A stretch of 64,000 nt of DNA from Oscillospiraceae bacterium (GTDB lineage Bacteria > Bacillota > Clostridia > Oscillospirales > Oscillospiraceae), in assembly GCA_017624915.1 (NCBI GenBank), contig JAGAMC010000025.1, forward strand, positions 14,917 to 78,916, read 5' to 3'. The number at the start of each line of letters is the position of its first letter. Within the stretch, counting starts at the first letter, position 1. Positions 1-10,200 of this stretch are shown one piece after another. The notes under the pieces were generated by a model. The model did not search any database. It was not told where the DNA came from and saw nothing but the letters and a program-made list of their open reading frames with translations. Made by a program: the position numbers and the translations under genes.

Positions 1-264
1 GCCATCCCCTGCGAAAGCCAGACAGACAGCTGGCCGGAAGCCGAACGTATTTGTCATGCGGGGCTGTTGGATCAATGCGATTTCGAGACTATGGTGCAGC
101 ACCGCTATGACCGGGGGTGTATGATGCGCCGCAATCGCTATATGGTGGACCGATCCTGCCGTATCGTTGCCGTGTATGACGGAATCCCAAAGGGCGGAAC
201 GGCCAATACGCTGGCCTACGCACTTAAGCAGGAATTGACGGTCGACATGATTGGATTGGAGTGA
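1..264 (+). CDS. SLOG/YspA (DUF1273)-like protein, 5'-truncated by window edge
   Basis: Frame 1 is open from base 1 (AIPCESQTDSWPEAER...). C-terminal motifs RNRYMVDRS and AVYDG..GGTANT are typical of SLOG/YspA proteins. Confidence 0.7.
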   Translation, partial: AIPCESQTDSWPEAERICHAGLLDQCDFETMVQHRYDRGCMMRRNRYMVDRSCRIVAVYDGIPKGGTANTLAYALKQELTVDMIGLE

Positions 265-815
265 ATGATGTGGAGAAGACGCTGATGCATATCTGCTGTG
301 CCCCCTGCGCAAACCGCCCCATCGAGGCCCTGCGGCAGGAGGGGATCGATACGGTGGGCTTTTGGTATAATCCCAATATCCATCCCTACACCGAGTATCA
401 GGCCCGCAAACACACACTGGAGGAGTACGCAAAGCAGATCGGGATGAAGCTGGTCATCGGCGGCACCTATGACCTGCGTCCCTTTGTCACCGCCGTGGCG
501 GGGAATATCGACACCCGGTGCGGTTACTGCTACCGCTGCCGCATGGAGGCCACGGCAAAATATGCCGCGGAAAACGGCTTTTCCAGTTTTACCACATCTC
601 TGCTTGTCAGCCCCTATCAGGATCACGAGGCCATCTGTGCCATCGCGGAAAAAATGGGGCAGCGGTATGGTGTGCAGTTTCTCTACCGGGACTTTCGTCC
701 TCTGTTCAGGGAAGGGCAGGAGTACGCCCGGGAGCACGGGATGTATATGCAGAAGTACTGCGGCTGTATCTTCAGTGAGGAAGAGCGTTATAAAAAGAAA
801 AAGAAGTGCAGGTGA
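261..815 (+). CDS. queH: Epoxyqueuosine reductase QueH (DUF208)
   Basis: LMHICCAPC, YNPNIHP, C..CY..R, TTSL..SPYQ and C-terminal YCGC motifs. Confidence 0.9.
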   Translation: MNDVEKTLMHICCAPCANRPIEALRQEGIDTVGFWYNPNIHPYTEYQARKHTLEEYAKQIGMKLVIGGTYDLRPFVTAVAGNIDTRCGYCYRCRMEATAKYAAENGFSSFTTSLLVSPYQDHEAICAIAEKMGQRYGVQFLYRDFRPLFREGQEYAREHGMYMQKYCGCIFSEEERYKKKKKCR

Positions 816-832
816 ACACCACAGGACCAGAG

Positions 833-862
833 AAATCCTCCCACCCGGGAGGGTTTTCTTTT
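833..862 (+). terminator. Intrinsic terminator after queH
   Basis: aaatcctccc-accc-gggagggttt hairpin followed by a T-rich tract. Confidence 0.7.
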
Positions 863-923
863 GGCCCAAAACGGACCGCCCGGCGTGAAAGGTCATAGAA
901 TGAGCCAAAAGGGGGCGTTTACC

Positions 924-1586
924 ATGAAAAAACCTCATCAGGACCTGAGCGTACAGGTGAAGCGGGAGGACTGGGAACTGACTCTGCAGGGGGAGCCGGT
1001 GCTCAGCTGCACGCTGACATGGCCGGAGCTTGCAGGCGGTGGGAAGGGGACGGCCGCCATCAACCGCTATTACCGCCATGCGGCCGGTATGTGGAGAAGC
1101 AGATGGGAGCGGGAGGTGTTTTTGCATGCCTGTCTGGACCTTGCGGACCGGCGGGCCCGGAGCCGGCCCTTTAAGCCGTGGCAGGTGCAGCTTACAACCC
1201 ACATCACGCTGCGCACAGACGAACTGCTCAGTCTGTGGCAGGAGGGGACGGAGCAGCAGGGCTTTGAACGGCCCCTGAGCCTGCGCCGGGGGGATACGTG
1301 GTCGGTGGCGGACGGCGCGCCCCGGACGCTGGCCTCGTTTTTTCCCGGGGAGCGGCGGTGGAAAAAGCGGATGCTGGAACAGCTGGAGCGGCAGGCCCGC
1401 CATAGGCTTGAACAGGGAGAATCCCTGCTGGATCCGGACTGCCCGCAGCGGCTGAAAGGGGCGTTTGACCCCCAGCGGTTCTACCTGTCGGCGGAGGGGA
1501 TACAGGTGTTTTATCCCATGTACGTGCTGGGGCCGGGTGCCGAGGGGATCCCCGTCTTTTCCATCCCGCTGTCCCCGGCGGGATAG
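924..1586 (+). CDS. DUF3298/RsiV-like domain protein
   Basis: C-terminal F..QRFYLSAEGIQVFYPMY.LGP.AEGIPVFSIP resembles DUF3298. Start set at ATG 924 after a G-rich RBS. Confidence 0.6.
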   Translation: MKKPHQDLSVQVKREDWELTLQGEPVLSCTLTWPELAGGGKGTAAINRYYRHAAGMWRSRWEREVFLHACLDLADRRARSRPFKPWQVQLTTHITLRTDELLSLWQEGTEQQGFERPLSLRRGDTWSVADGAPRTLASFFPGERRWKKRMLEQLERQARHRLEQGESLLDPDCPQRLKGAFDPQRFYLSAEGIQVFYPMYVLGPGAEGIPVFSIPLSPAG

Positions 1587-1635
1587 GGGAATGTTTCGGG
1601 ACAAGGCGGCATACCCCTTTTGTGGGGGGATGGAT

Positions 1636-3024
1636 ATGAGCTTTGTTCAGCGGCTGACGGACTTTATGTGGAATCCCTGGCTGTTGGGGCTGGTTTTGCT
1701 GACCGGCCTTTATTATTCGGTGCGCACGGGATTCTTTCAGATATTCGGCATTAAAACGTGGGTGAAGACCACGGTTGGAAGTCTGTTCAGCGGAAGGCAA
1801 AACAGCACATCAGGCATTACCCGCTTTCAGGCCCTGGCAACCGCCCTTGCCTCCACCATCGGCACCGGCAGCATTGCCGGAGTGGCCACCGCCATCTTCT
1901 TCGGCGGGCCGGGTGCGGTGTTCTGGATGTGGGTATGTGCCGTGCTGGGCATGATGACCGGCTGCGCGGAGAAGGTGCTGGCGGTCCGCTGGCGGCAGCC
2001 GGGCCGGGATGGGAAATGGGAGGGCGGTCCCATGCACTATCTGGCCCACGGGATGAAAAGTCCCTTCCTTGCCGGATGGTTTGCCATAGCCTGCGTGGGC
2101 GGCGCACTGGTGGGGGGCGATCTGGTTCAGTCCAACTCCATCGCCCAGGCCCTGAACACCACCTTTGGCTGGGACCGGCTGATCACAGGAGTGATCACTG
2201 CCGCGCTGGCGGGGATCGTGCTGGTGGGCGGCATCGGGCGCATCGCCCGGTTCAGCGAACTGCTGGTGCCGGTGATGGCCCTGCTGTTTCTGGGCAGCGC
2301 AGCTGTGGTGCTGTGGGTGCGGCGGGAGTATCTGGGCGATGCACTGGGCATGATCGTCTCCTGTGCCCTGTCGCCCCGGGCGGCGGCGGGAGGCGCAGGC
2401 GGCTATGGCATCAGCGCGGCGCTGCGGTATGGGGTGGCCCGGGGGGTGTTCACCAATGAGGCGGGTATGGGCTCCTCCGCCATGGCCCATGCCAACGCCG
2501 ATACCAAACATCCCGGCGAACAGGGGATGTGGGGCATTTTGGAGGTGTTTGTGGCCACCCCGGTCATCTGCACCATGACGGCGCTGGTCATTCTGACGGC
2601 AGGGGTCTACGACCCCGCCGGGGCGCTGGGGGCCATAGGCGCAGAAGACCTGTCCGGTGCGCTGGTGGGCGTGCCGCTGACCGCAGCCAGTTTCGCTGTG
2701 GTGCTGGGTGCAGCGGGGGAGGGCATCGTGTCGGTCTGCCTGCTGATGTTCGCCTTTTCCTCTTTGCTGGGCTGGAGCTACTATGGAGAAAGTGCCCTCG
2801 GCTGGCTGCTGCGGGGTCGGCGGTGGCGGCCGGTGTGGAGAGGGGTGTTTTTGATTGTCGCTGTGGCAGGCAGCGTGGGTGAACTGGAACTTGTCTGGCA
2901 GCTTGTGGACCTGTTCACCGCCCTGATGGCCCTTCCCAATCTAGCTGCGCTGCTGTGGCTTTCGCCTCAGGTGCTGCAGAGCATAAACGAGTGGCTGGAA
3001 CACAAAAGCTCTGCCTCTGAATGA
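1636..3024 (+). CDS. Alanine/glycine:cation symporter family protein (AlsT/AgcS)
   Basis: ALASTIGTGSIAGVATAI, GGPGAVFWMW, GGPMHY and RGVFTNEAGMGSS motifs; many TM segments. Start at 1630 or 1636. Confidence 0.9.
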   Translation: MSFVQRLTDFMWNPWLLGLVLLTGLYYSVRTGFFQIFGIKTWVKTTVGSLFSGRQNSTSGITRFQALATALASTIGTGSIAGVATAIFFGGPGAVFWMWVCAVLGMMTGCAEKVLAVRWRQPGRDGKWEGGPMHYLAHGMKSPFLAGWFAIACVGGALVGGDLVQSNSIAQALNTTFGWDRLITGVITAALAGIVLVGGIGRIARFSELLVPVMALLFLGSAAVVLWVRREYLGDALGMIVSCALSPRAAAGGAGGYGISAALRYGVARGVFTNEAGMGSSAMAHANADTKHPGEQGMWGILEVFVATPVICTMTALVILTAGVYDPAGALGAIGAEDLSGALVGVPLTAASFAVVLGAAGEGIVSVCLLMFAFSSLLGWSYYGESALGWLLRGRRWRPVWRGVFLIVAVAGSVGELELVWQLVDLFTALMALPNLAALLWLSPQVLQSINEWLEHKSSASE

Positions 3025-3036
3025 GGCAGAGCTTTT
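3004..3036. terminator. Bidirectional intrinsic terminator
   Basis: aaaagctctgcctc-tgaat-gaggcagagctttt between convergent genes. Confidence 0.75.
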
Positions 3037-3045
3037 ATAAAGCTA

Positions 3046-3690
3046 CTATTGTAAAGATAAATAACTTGTCAGATTTTTGAGGTATCGGTCTGGTCCGCAC
3101 AGGGCGGAAAATTCCTGCGCGCGGTGGTCAAACAGGGGATCGTGTACGCCCCAGACCTGCCAGCCGGCCTCTTTGGCGGCGGCGCAGTAGTCGGGAGAGT
3201 CGTCCAACAGGACGCAGTCCTGAGGGGCGAGCCCCTCCAGCCGTGCTACCTGCCGGAACAGGTCGGGGTCTGACTTTTCAATGCCCAGCAGGTGGGAATA
3301 GTGGATGGAACGGAACAGGTTGGTAATTCCGTGACGTTCCAGCGCCGAGGCACACAGATGGGGCATACAGGAGGTCACCACAGACAGCCGCTCGCCCCGG
3401 CGGACAAGCTCCTCCAGCAGCTCGCGGGCTCCCGGTTTCAAAGGCAGGTGGCGGGCGTAATGCTCCCGGGCCATCTCCTGCCACCGGGCCACGATCTGGT
3501 GGGTGGTCATTGAAAGCTGAAAGCGCTCTTTTGTAAACACCGCCGAGGCGTTGAAGCTGTTGCGGCTGACAAAATCCGTATAGTCCTCAGGTACGGGGCT
3601 GATGCCGTGCTGCTCCAGAAATTCTATGTCGATCTGCAGCCAGATACCGTTAGAGTCCAGCAGTGTGCCGTCAAGGTCAAAAAAGAGCAT
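3046..3690 (-). CDS. HAD-superfamily (subfamily IA) phosphatase
   Basis: FFDLDGTLLDS motif I, EKSDPDLF, LLDDS motif. Confidence 0.85.
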   Translation of the reverse strand: MLFFDLDGTLLDSNGIWLQIDIEFLEQHGISPVPEDYTDFVSRNSFNASAVFTKERFQLSMTTHQIVARWQEMAREHYARHLPLKPGARELLEELVRRGERLSVVTSCMPHLCASALERHGITNLFRSIHYSHLLGIEKSDPDLFRQVARLEGLAPQDCVLLDDSPDYCAAAKEAGWQVWGVHDPLFDHRAQEFSALCGPDRYLKNLTSYLSLQ

Positions 3691-3695
3691 GGTAG

Positions 3696-4286
3696 TCACT
3701 CCTCTGTCCAGAAGCGCCATGGAAAGTCCACGGCCTCCTGCGCGTAGTCGATGCCGATGCGTTTGCCGGTGAAAAAGGATTTGGGGGGGGGAGCGGGGCT
3801 GACGAAAAGCTCATCGCCCAGCAGGTCTGTCCCGTTTTGCGCCCGGGTCAGCGCCAGACCCCTGCACAGCTTGCCGGGACCGTTGAGAAAATTTTTGAGC
3901 TGATAGGCGTTCATATCTTCATGCTTGCAGGAAAAGCGGTTTTCTGCTATAATATCTACGTTTTTGACAGGGACCGCGCCCCGGATCAGCACAGCGCTGG
4001 GCTCGCCCTCCGGTTCCGTGACCAGATTGAGACAGCAGTGCATGCCATAGATCAGATAAATGTATGCCGTTCCCGGCCGGGCAAACATGGTCTGCGTTCT
4101 GGGGGTGCGGCGGTAGTGATAGGCGTGGCAGGCCCTGTCCATGCGGCCCACATAGGCCTCTGTTTCCGTGATGCGGCAGACCAGCCGTGTGCCTTCGGGC
4201 AGAGTACGCACAAGCAGCTGACCAAGCAGGTCCCGGGCCACCTGAACGGTATCCCGGTCATAAAAACTGCGGGGGAGTTTTTCCAC
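3696..4286 (-). CDS. mpg: DNA-3-methyladenine glycosylase (MPG/AAG family)
   Basis: LPRSFYDRDT..VARDLLG, ITETEAY, YIYLIYGMH.CLN, AVLIR, NGPGKLC and RIGI motifs. GTG start at 4286 with AAGGA RBS. Confidence 0.9.
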   Translation of the reverse strand: MEKLPRSFYDRDTVQVARDLLGQLLVRTLPEGTRLVCRITETEAYVGRMDRACHAYHYRRTPRTQTMFARPGTAYIYLIYGMHCCLNLVTEPEGEPSAVLIRGAVPVKNVDIIAENRFSCKHEDMNAYQLKNFLNGPGKLCRGLALTRAQNGTDLLGDELFVSPAPPPKSFFTGKRIGIDYAQEAVDFPWRFWTEE

Positions 4287-4340
4287 GGCGGCCACATCCT
4301 TTCCGGAATCTTTTGGATCTTTTACATAGGAGGAATCAAC

Positions 4341-4667
4341 ATGAATCAAATGCTTGGAATGGAATTCACTTCGATCTGGATGGCCTTTTTCTATCTGGTC
4401 ATATTCTGCCTTGCCGCCACGGTGCTGGAGCGTGTTATCGGCCGGCTGACGGCAAAGGTGCTGCACGGCGCAGCGGCCAAAGCGGCCCGCCTGATCCTGC
4501 TGGCCTGCAGCGGCGCGCTGGTGCTGTGGGGAGTTGACTGCCTGTTTGACAGCGTCAGCCTTCAGTGGTGGACCAATGGGCTGCTGAGCATCCTGATGGC
4601 TGTGGTGATGGTGCTGCCGGAGAACTCCGCACCTGCCGAGTCCGAAGAAAGCGCGCAGGAGGACTGA
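4341..4667 (+). CDS. Small hypothetical membrane protein (108 aa, about 3 TM)
   Basis: AGGAGG RBS before ATG 4341; hydrophobic segments; divergent from mpg. Confidence 0.65.
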   Translation: MNQMLGMEFTSIWMAFFYLVIFCLAATVLERVIGRLTAKVLHGAAAKAARLILLACSGALVLWGVDCLFDSVSLQWWTNGLLSILMAVVMVLPENSAPAESEESAQED

Positions 4668-4718
4668 CCCTATTTTATCATGAGCCAAGCATCATTGCAA
4701 ATTCGGAGTGGGTGGAAC

Positions 4719-5603
4719 ATGACGCCTGAAATCATGCGCAGACTGGCAAAGCCCATGCTTTTTGCCGCCGCTATCATCTGGGGCACGTCTTTTTTCATCA
4801 TGAAAAACACGCTGGATGCCATGCCGGTCTTCTCCCTGCTGGCCATCCGCTTTACTGCCGGCGCGGTGCTTTTGTCGATGGTGTGCTGGAAAAAGTGGCG
4901 GTATTTCTCCCGGGACTATGTCTGGCGCGGCGCCATCATCGGCCTGTTCCTGTTTCTGGCCTATACGGTGCAGACCTTTGGACTGGAGCGCACCACCCCG
5001 TCCAAGAACGCCTTTCTCACGGCGGTGTACTGCGTGATGGTGCCCTTTTTATACTGGGCGGTGATGGGCCACCGGCCGGACCGGTACAACATCATCGCCG
5101 CCTTTCTGTGTGTCACCGGAGTGGGGCTGGTGTCCCTCAACGGCGACCTGACGGTAAACATGGGCGATGTGCTCACCCTGATCGCAGCGGGCTTCTACGC
5201 CGCACATATCATAGCGGTGGAGAAAGTTTCGCCCGGAAAGGACATCTATCTGCTCACTGTGTTCCAGTTCGCCTTTGCGGCGGTGTATTCCTGGGTGGGC
5301 TGTCTGCTGCTGGAGGATTTTCCGGTGCAGGCGGTGTGCGACCCGGCGGTGTTCCTGCCTCTTGGCTATCTGTGCGTTATGGCCACCACGGCGGCGCTGC
5401 TGTTCCAGAACGTGGGACAGATCTGGTCCGACCCCGCATCCGCCTCTGTGATCCTGTCTTTGGAGTCGGTGTTCGGTGTGCTGTTCTCCGTCATTTTTTA
5501 CGGGGATCTGGTCACGCTGCCCATGATGCTGGGATTTGTATGCATTTTTATCGCCGTGGTCTGTTCGGAAACCAAGTTTTCTTTTTGCAGATACAAACGG
5601 TAA
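4719..5603 (+). CDS. DMT (EamA-like) family transporter
   Basis: IIWGTSF, LLAIRF, QTFGL..T.PSKNAF and ASVILSLESVFG; two EamA repeats. Confidence 0.9.
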   Translation: MTPEIMRRLAKPMLFAAAIIWGTSFFIMKNTLDAMPVFSLLAIRFTAGAVLLSMVCWKKWRYFSRDYVWRGAIIGLFLFLAYTVQTFGLERTTPSKNAFLTAVYCVMVPFLYWAVMGHRPDRYNIIAAFLCVTGVGLVSLNGDLTVNMGDVLTLIAAGFYAAHIIAVEKVSPGKDIYLLTVFQFAFAAVYSWVGCLLLEDFPVQAVCDPAVFLPLGYLCVMATTAALLFQNVGQIWSDPASASVILSLESVFGVLFSVIFYGDLVTLPMMLGFVCIFIAVVCSETKFSFCRYKR

Positions 5604-5660
5604 CCAGTTTGTTTTGAAGTGAATATCTTTGTTTAAAACATGTGGAAAGGAATGTCGGAT

Positions 5661-6980
5661 ATGAGTAAACTCAGTGTTGGTTATGCTAAGGTGGACATTA
5701 CCCCCAGAGAATCTGTACACCTGACGGGCTATGGCAATGATGCTCTGCGTTGCTCGGACAATGTGCTGGATCCCTTGTACGCTACATGCCTTGCATTCAC
5801 CGACGAGGAGGGCTCTACCGCGTTGGTCTATACAATAGACATTCTCTACGCTTGTAGTTGGATGCGCGAAGCGGTGAGTGAGGCTACAGGGCTTCCTGTG
5901 GAGCGAGTCCAAATCTCTGCCACCCACACCCACGCCGGGCCCTCCACATGGCCTATGCGGGCCCAGGCTAACAATCGGGAATATCTGTTGGGCACACTGA
6001 GGGCTGGACTGATTGAAGCGGCCAATAAGGCTCTGGCAGATCGGAAGACGGCGGACATGTATATCACCGATGTCCATACTGTGGGTTTGAACTATGTGCG
6101 TCACTACCTGATGGAAGACGGAACCTACTCCGGCCCAAACTTCGGAAGTTGGGACAAAGCTATTGTAGGGCATGAGACTCAGGCGGACAATCAGCTGCAA
6201 TTGGTTAAATTTGTCCGGGAGGGAAAAAAGGACATCATCATTGCCAACTTTGGTGTCCATCAGACATCCACCGGCGGTATGGACAAGCATGACATCAGCG
6301 CAGATTGTGCCGGTGCCATGCGGGCCAAGATGGAGCGGGAACTGAACTGCTGTTTTGCCTATTTTACCGGCGCGGCGGGCAATATCGCACCTATCAGCAA
6401 AATCAAGGCGGAGTTGAGTCTGGCCGATCACGTGGACCACGGCCGGGCGCTGGCCAGCTATGCCATTCGGGCAAATGACAGCTATAAGCCTGTGGAAACA
6501 GGGCATGTAAGGATAAAGTCCCTGCAACTGGATATTGATGTAAATCACAGTCTGGATCATATGGAGGAAATTGCAAAGTCCATCGTTGACGTGTGGAAGA
6601 AGACAGGGAACCGGGCTGAATGCAACAAGGTTTGCTGGCGGCATGGCCTGAACAGCGTCTATCATGCCGAGTCCGTACTGGATAAACTGGCTCTGGGCAA
6701 GACGCTGGACATCCAATTGAACGTGGTGTCCGTGGGCGACGTGGCCTTTGTTATGATGCCTTATGAGGTGTTTGATACCAATGCCATGTTTATCAAGCAG
6801 AATGCGCCCTATAAGATGAGCATCATTGCCACCTGTGCCAACGATGTGCGCAGCTATATCCCTTCCGCCATCGGCTTTGCCCACGGCGGGTACAGTGTGG
6901 ACCGCTGTCGCTTTGTGCCCGGAACCGGCGAGCGTCTGGCCGACGAGTTTGTGGCCATGCTGCAGGAGTTGCACGAATAA
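5661..6980 (+). CDS. Neutral/alkaline ceramidase N-terminal-domain-like protein
   Basis: VGYAKVDITP....L.GY, DPLYA.CL, SATHTHAGP and N...H motifs; no signal peptide. Confidence 0.7.
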   Translation: MSKLSVGYAKVDITPRESVHLTGYGNDALRCSDNVLDPLYATCLAFTDEEGSTALVYTIDILYACSWMREAVSEATGLPVERVQISATHTHAGPSTWPMRAQANNREYLLGTLRAGLIEAANKALADRKTADMYITDVHTVGLNYVRHYLMEDGTYSGPNFGSWDKAIVGHETQADNQLQLVKFVREGKKDIIIANFGVHQTSTGGMDKHDISADCAGAMRAKMERELNCCFAYFTGAAGNIAPISKIKAELSLADHVDHGRALASYAIRANDSYKPVETGHVRIKSLQLDIDVNHSLDHMEEIAKSIVDVWKKTGNRAECNKVCWRHGLNSVYHAESVLDKLALGKTLDIQLNVVSVGDVAFVMMPYEVFDTNAMFIKQNAPYKMSIIATCANDVRSYIPSAIGFAHGGYSVDRCRFVPGTGERLADEFVAMLQELHE

Positions 6981-7032
6981 AAAAGCGCCGCAGGATGCTC
7001 GGCAGTTATCAAACAGTAATATACAAATTTAT

Positions 7033-7071
7033 TGAAACAGGCATGATTTTGGTCATGCCTGTTTCACTTTT
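7033..7071 (+). terminator. Intrinsic terminator
   Basis: tgaaacaggcatga / tcatgcctgtttca stem followed by a T tract. Confidence 0.7.
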
Positions 7072-7144
7072 AAATGCTGAAGTATTTTTTGTTGCCTTGT
7101 TGAAAAATAAGGGATTTTTCTTGCCTTGCGGCCCCTGAAATGCG

Positions 7145-7173
7145 TTGCAAAGCAATGCGGTTTTTGTTATAAT
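7145..7173 (+). promoter_or_regulatory. Sigma-A type promoter for the smc operon
   Basis: TTGCAA-N17-TATAAT with extended TG. Confidence 0.7.
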
Positions 7174-7256
7174 ATAACATCTGGAATTATATGCAGTTGC
7201 AATGTTTCTGACATGTGGGCAAAGGTAGGACGGCCCAGCAGGGAGAGGTGTGTCTT

Positions 7257-10200
7257 TTGTATTTAAAAGCATTGGAGATCGAGGGCTTCAAGTCCTTTCC
7301 GGATCGGACGGTGCTCACCTTTGGTGAGGATATTACCGCCATCGTCGGCCCCAACGGGTCGGGAAAATCCAATATTTCCGACGCCATCCGCTGGGTCATG
7401 GGCGAGCAGTCCACCCGCGCCCTGCGCGGCGGCAAGATGGAAGACGTGATCTTTGGCGGTACGGCCAAGCGCAAGCAGACCAACTATGCGGAGGTCTCCC
7501 TTGTACTGGATAACTCCGGTCATATTTTTGACATGGAGGAAAGCGAGATCATGGTCACCCGGCGCTATTACCGCTCCGGGGAGAGTATGTACTACATCAA
7601 CCGCCGTTCTGTCCGCCTGAAGGACGTCAACGAGCTGTTCATGGACACCGGTCTGGGCCGGGAGGGCTACTCCATCATCGGACAGGGCAAGATCGACGAG
7701 ATCCTGTCCGTCAAGAGCGCCGACCGCCGCGAGATCTTTGAGGAGGCGGCGGGCATTTCCCGTTACCGCCACCGCAAGGAGGAGGCCGAGCGCAAGCTGG
7801 CCCACACCGATGAAAACCTGGTGCGCATCAACGACAAAATCGAGGAGCTGGAGCAGCAGGTAGAGCCCCTGCGCAAGCAGAGCGAGACGGCGAAAAAGTT
7901 CCTTGTGCTGCGGGACGAGCTGCGGGGTCTGGAGATCTCCGTCTGGCTTGACCAGCTGGAGCATATCCGGGCCAACGGCATCAAGCTCAGCGCCGACTAC
8001 GAGGATGCCCTGCGCCGCAGAGATCAGCTCCAGCGGGAGCAGGACGAACTGTATGCCGATCTGGAGCGGTACGCAGAACAGATCCGCGGCAAGGACGTGG
8101 AGATGGAAGTGCTGCGCACCCGGATCCGGGAACGGCAGGCTGGCGTGGCAGAGCTGGAAAGCGCCATTGCCGTGCTCAGAAGCAATATCGGCAACAACGA
8201 GGATAACGCCCGCCGGCTTCAGGCAGAGCTGGAGCAGCAGGAGGGCCGTGAAGGCGGTCTGGTGTCCCAAATCGCCCAGCGCAATGCGCGTGTCGAGGAG
8301 ATAGACACTCAGCTCAAGGAGCTGGACCGGCGTCTGGTACAGATCCGCAGCCAGTCTGAGCAGGCTGCAAAGTCCGCTGGTACTCTGGCGCTGGAGCTGG
8401 AGCAGCTGCGTCAGCGTCAGGCGGTGGAGACCGCCGGTGCGGCGGATGCCAAGGCCCTGCTGTCCGCACTGGCTGCGGCTGCACAGGAAGTGCTGGACCG
8501 GGATGAGACTGTCCGGCGGGAGGCGGCCGAACTGGGCGAGCGTATGGCCGAGGCCCGCAGACAGCAGAAGCTGGCCCGTGCCGACCGGTCCAAGGCCGAG
8601 GAGGAGCGGGACGCCGTTCAGAACATCATCAACGGCTACTCCCTGCGGCTCAACACCCGCCGCCAGAAGGCCGAACAGGCCCGTGAGCGCCATGTGAAGC
8701 TGCAGATGGAGGACAATGCCCTTGTCTCCCGCATCAAGATGCTTGCCGAAATGGAAAAGTTGCACGAGGGCTTTTCCAAAGCGGTCAAGCTGGTCATGAC
8801 CGAGGCGGAACGGGGCACACTGAACCATATCCACGGCCCGGTGGCCGGGCTGATCAAGGTACCAGACCGATACACCGTGGCCATCGAGACCGCTCTGGGC
8901 AGCGCAATGCAGAACATCGTGGTGGACAGGGAAGAGGACGGTAAGGCCGTCATCAACTACCTCAAGCGCCGGGACGGCGGACGTGTCACCATTTCGCCTC
9001 TGAGTGCCATCCGACCCGGCGATCTGCGGGAAGCCGGTCAGGTCAGACACGAAAAGGGTTTCGTTGGCATCGGAAATGAACTGATCAGCTTTGAAAAGAC
9101 CTATGCCAACGTGTTCTCCAACCTGCTTGGCCGTGTGGTGGTCATGGAGGAACTGGACAGCGCCATCGCCTGCGCCAGAAAATACGGCTACAAGTTCCGC
9201 ATCGTTACTCTGGACGGTCAGGTGCTCAACCCCGGCGGCTCTATGACCGGCGGCTCTGCCAGCCGCAGCGCCGGCATCCTCAGCCGAGCCAACGAGCTGG
9301 AGCGGCTCAATACCCAGAGCGCCGACCTGAAGGAGAAGCTGGCACAGGCAGCTCAGGCTCTGGCAGAGGCGGACCGGGAGGCCACCGCCGCAGCCTATGA
9401 GATGGAGACGGCTCAGGGACAGCTGCGCCAGTGGGAGGATGACCTGCTCAAGGCACAGGCCCTGTGCAACCACTGTGACAGCGTGGTGGCCGATCTGGAG
9501 CGCCAGCAGGAGGGCCAGGAGGCCGAGCTGGAGCAGCTGAAGGAGCGCACGGCCAAAATCGAAACGGATACCCAGTCCGCCCGTGACCGCATTCGCCGGC
9601 TGGAGGGCGCGGCCGCGGCACTGGAAAGCGAGACCCAGGGCAAGCTGCTGGGACAGACCGAGGTGCAGGAGCGTTCGGCCCAGATCGCCCGGAGTATGGC
9701 CGAGCTGACGGCCGAGCAGGCGGCTCTGCAGGCGGAGAGAGAGGCCAATGCCAACAGTCTGGCCGAACTGGAAGCCCTGCGCCGGGATATTGCCGGCGAC
9801 CGCAGCCAGAGCAGGTCGCTTATGGACGACTACCAGCGCAAAAACGAAGCGTTTGCCCGGCAGATCGAGGAGAAACAGGCTGACCTGCTGGCGCTGCGTC
9901 AGGAGGATGAGGTCCAGAATCAGACCATTCGCACCATGAATGAGGAAAAGCTGGCGCTGGAGGCACAGAGAAACCGCACCGAGCGGGCCAGCCGTGACAA
10001 GACGGCGGACCTGATGAATATGCAGCAGGAGGTCTCCCATCTGGAGCATAAGCGGACCGCCGCCGCCATGGAGGAAAAGCAGATCCTGGACAAGCTGTGG
10101 GACACCTATGAGCTGTCCCACGAAGCGGCCAAGGGCCAGCGTATCGAGATCGAGTCCGTGACCAAGGCCAGCCGTCGTATCGGCGAACTCAAGCGCGCCA

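Noticed and set aside
3837-4340. N-terminal extension of ORF 3837-4667 and the longer mpg frame to 4688
   Set aside because: These are antisense overlaps; RBS context supports starts at 4341 (+) and 4286 (-).
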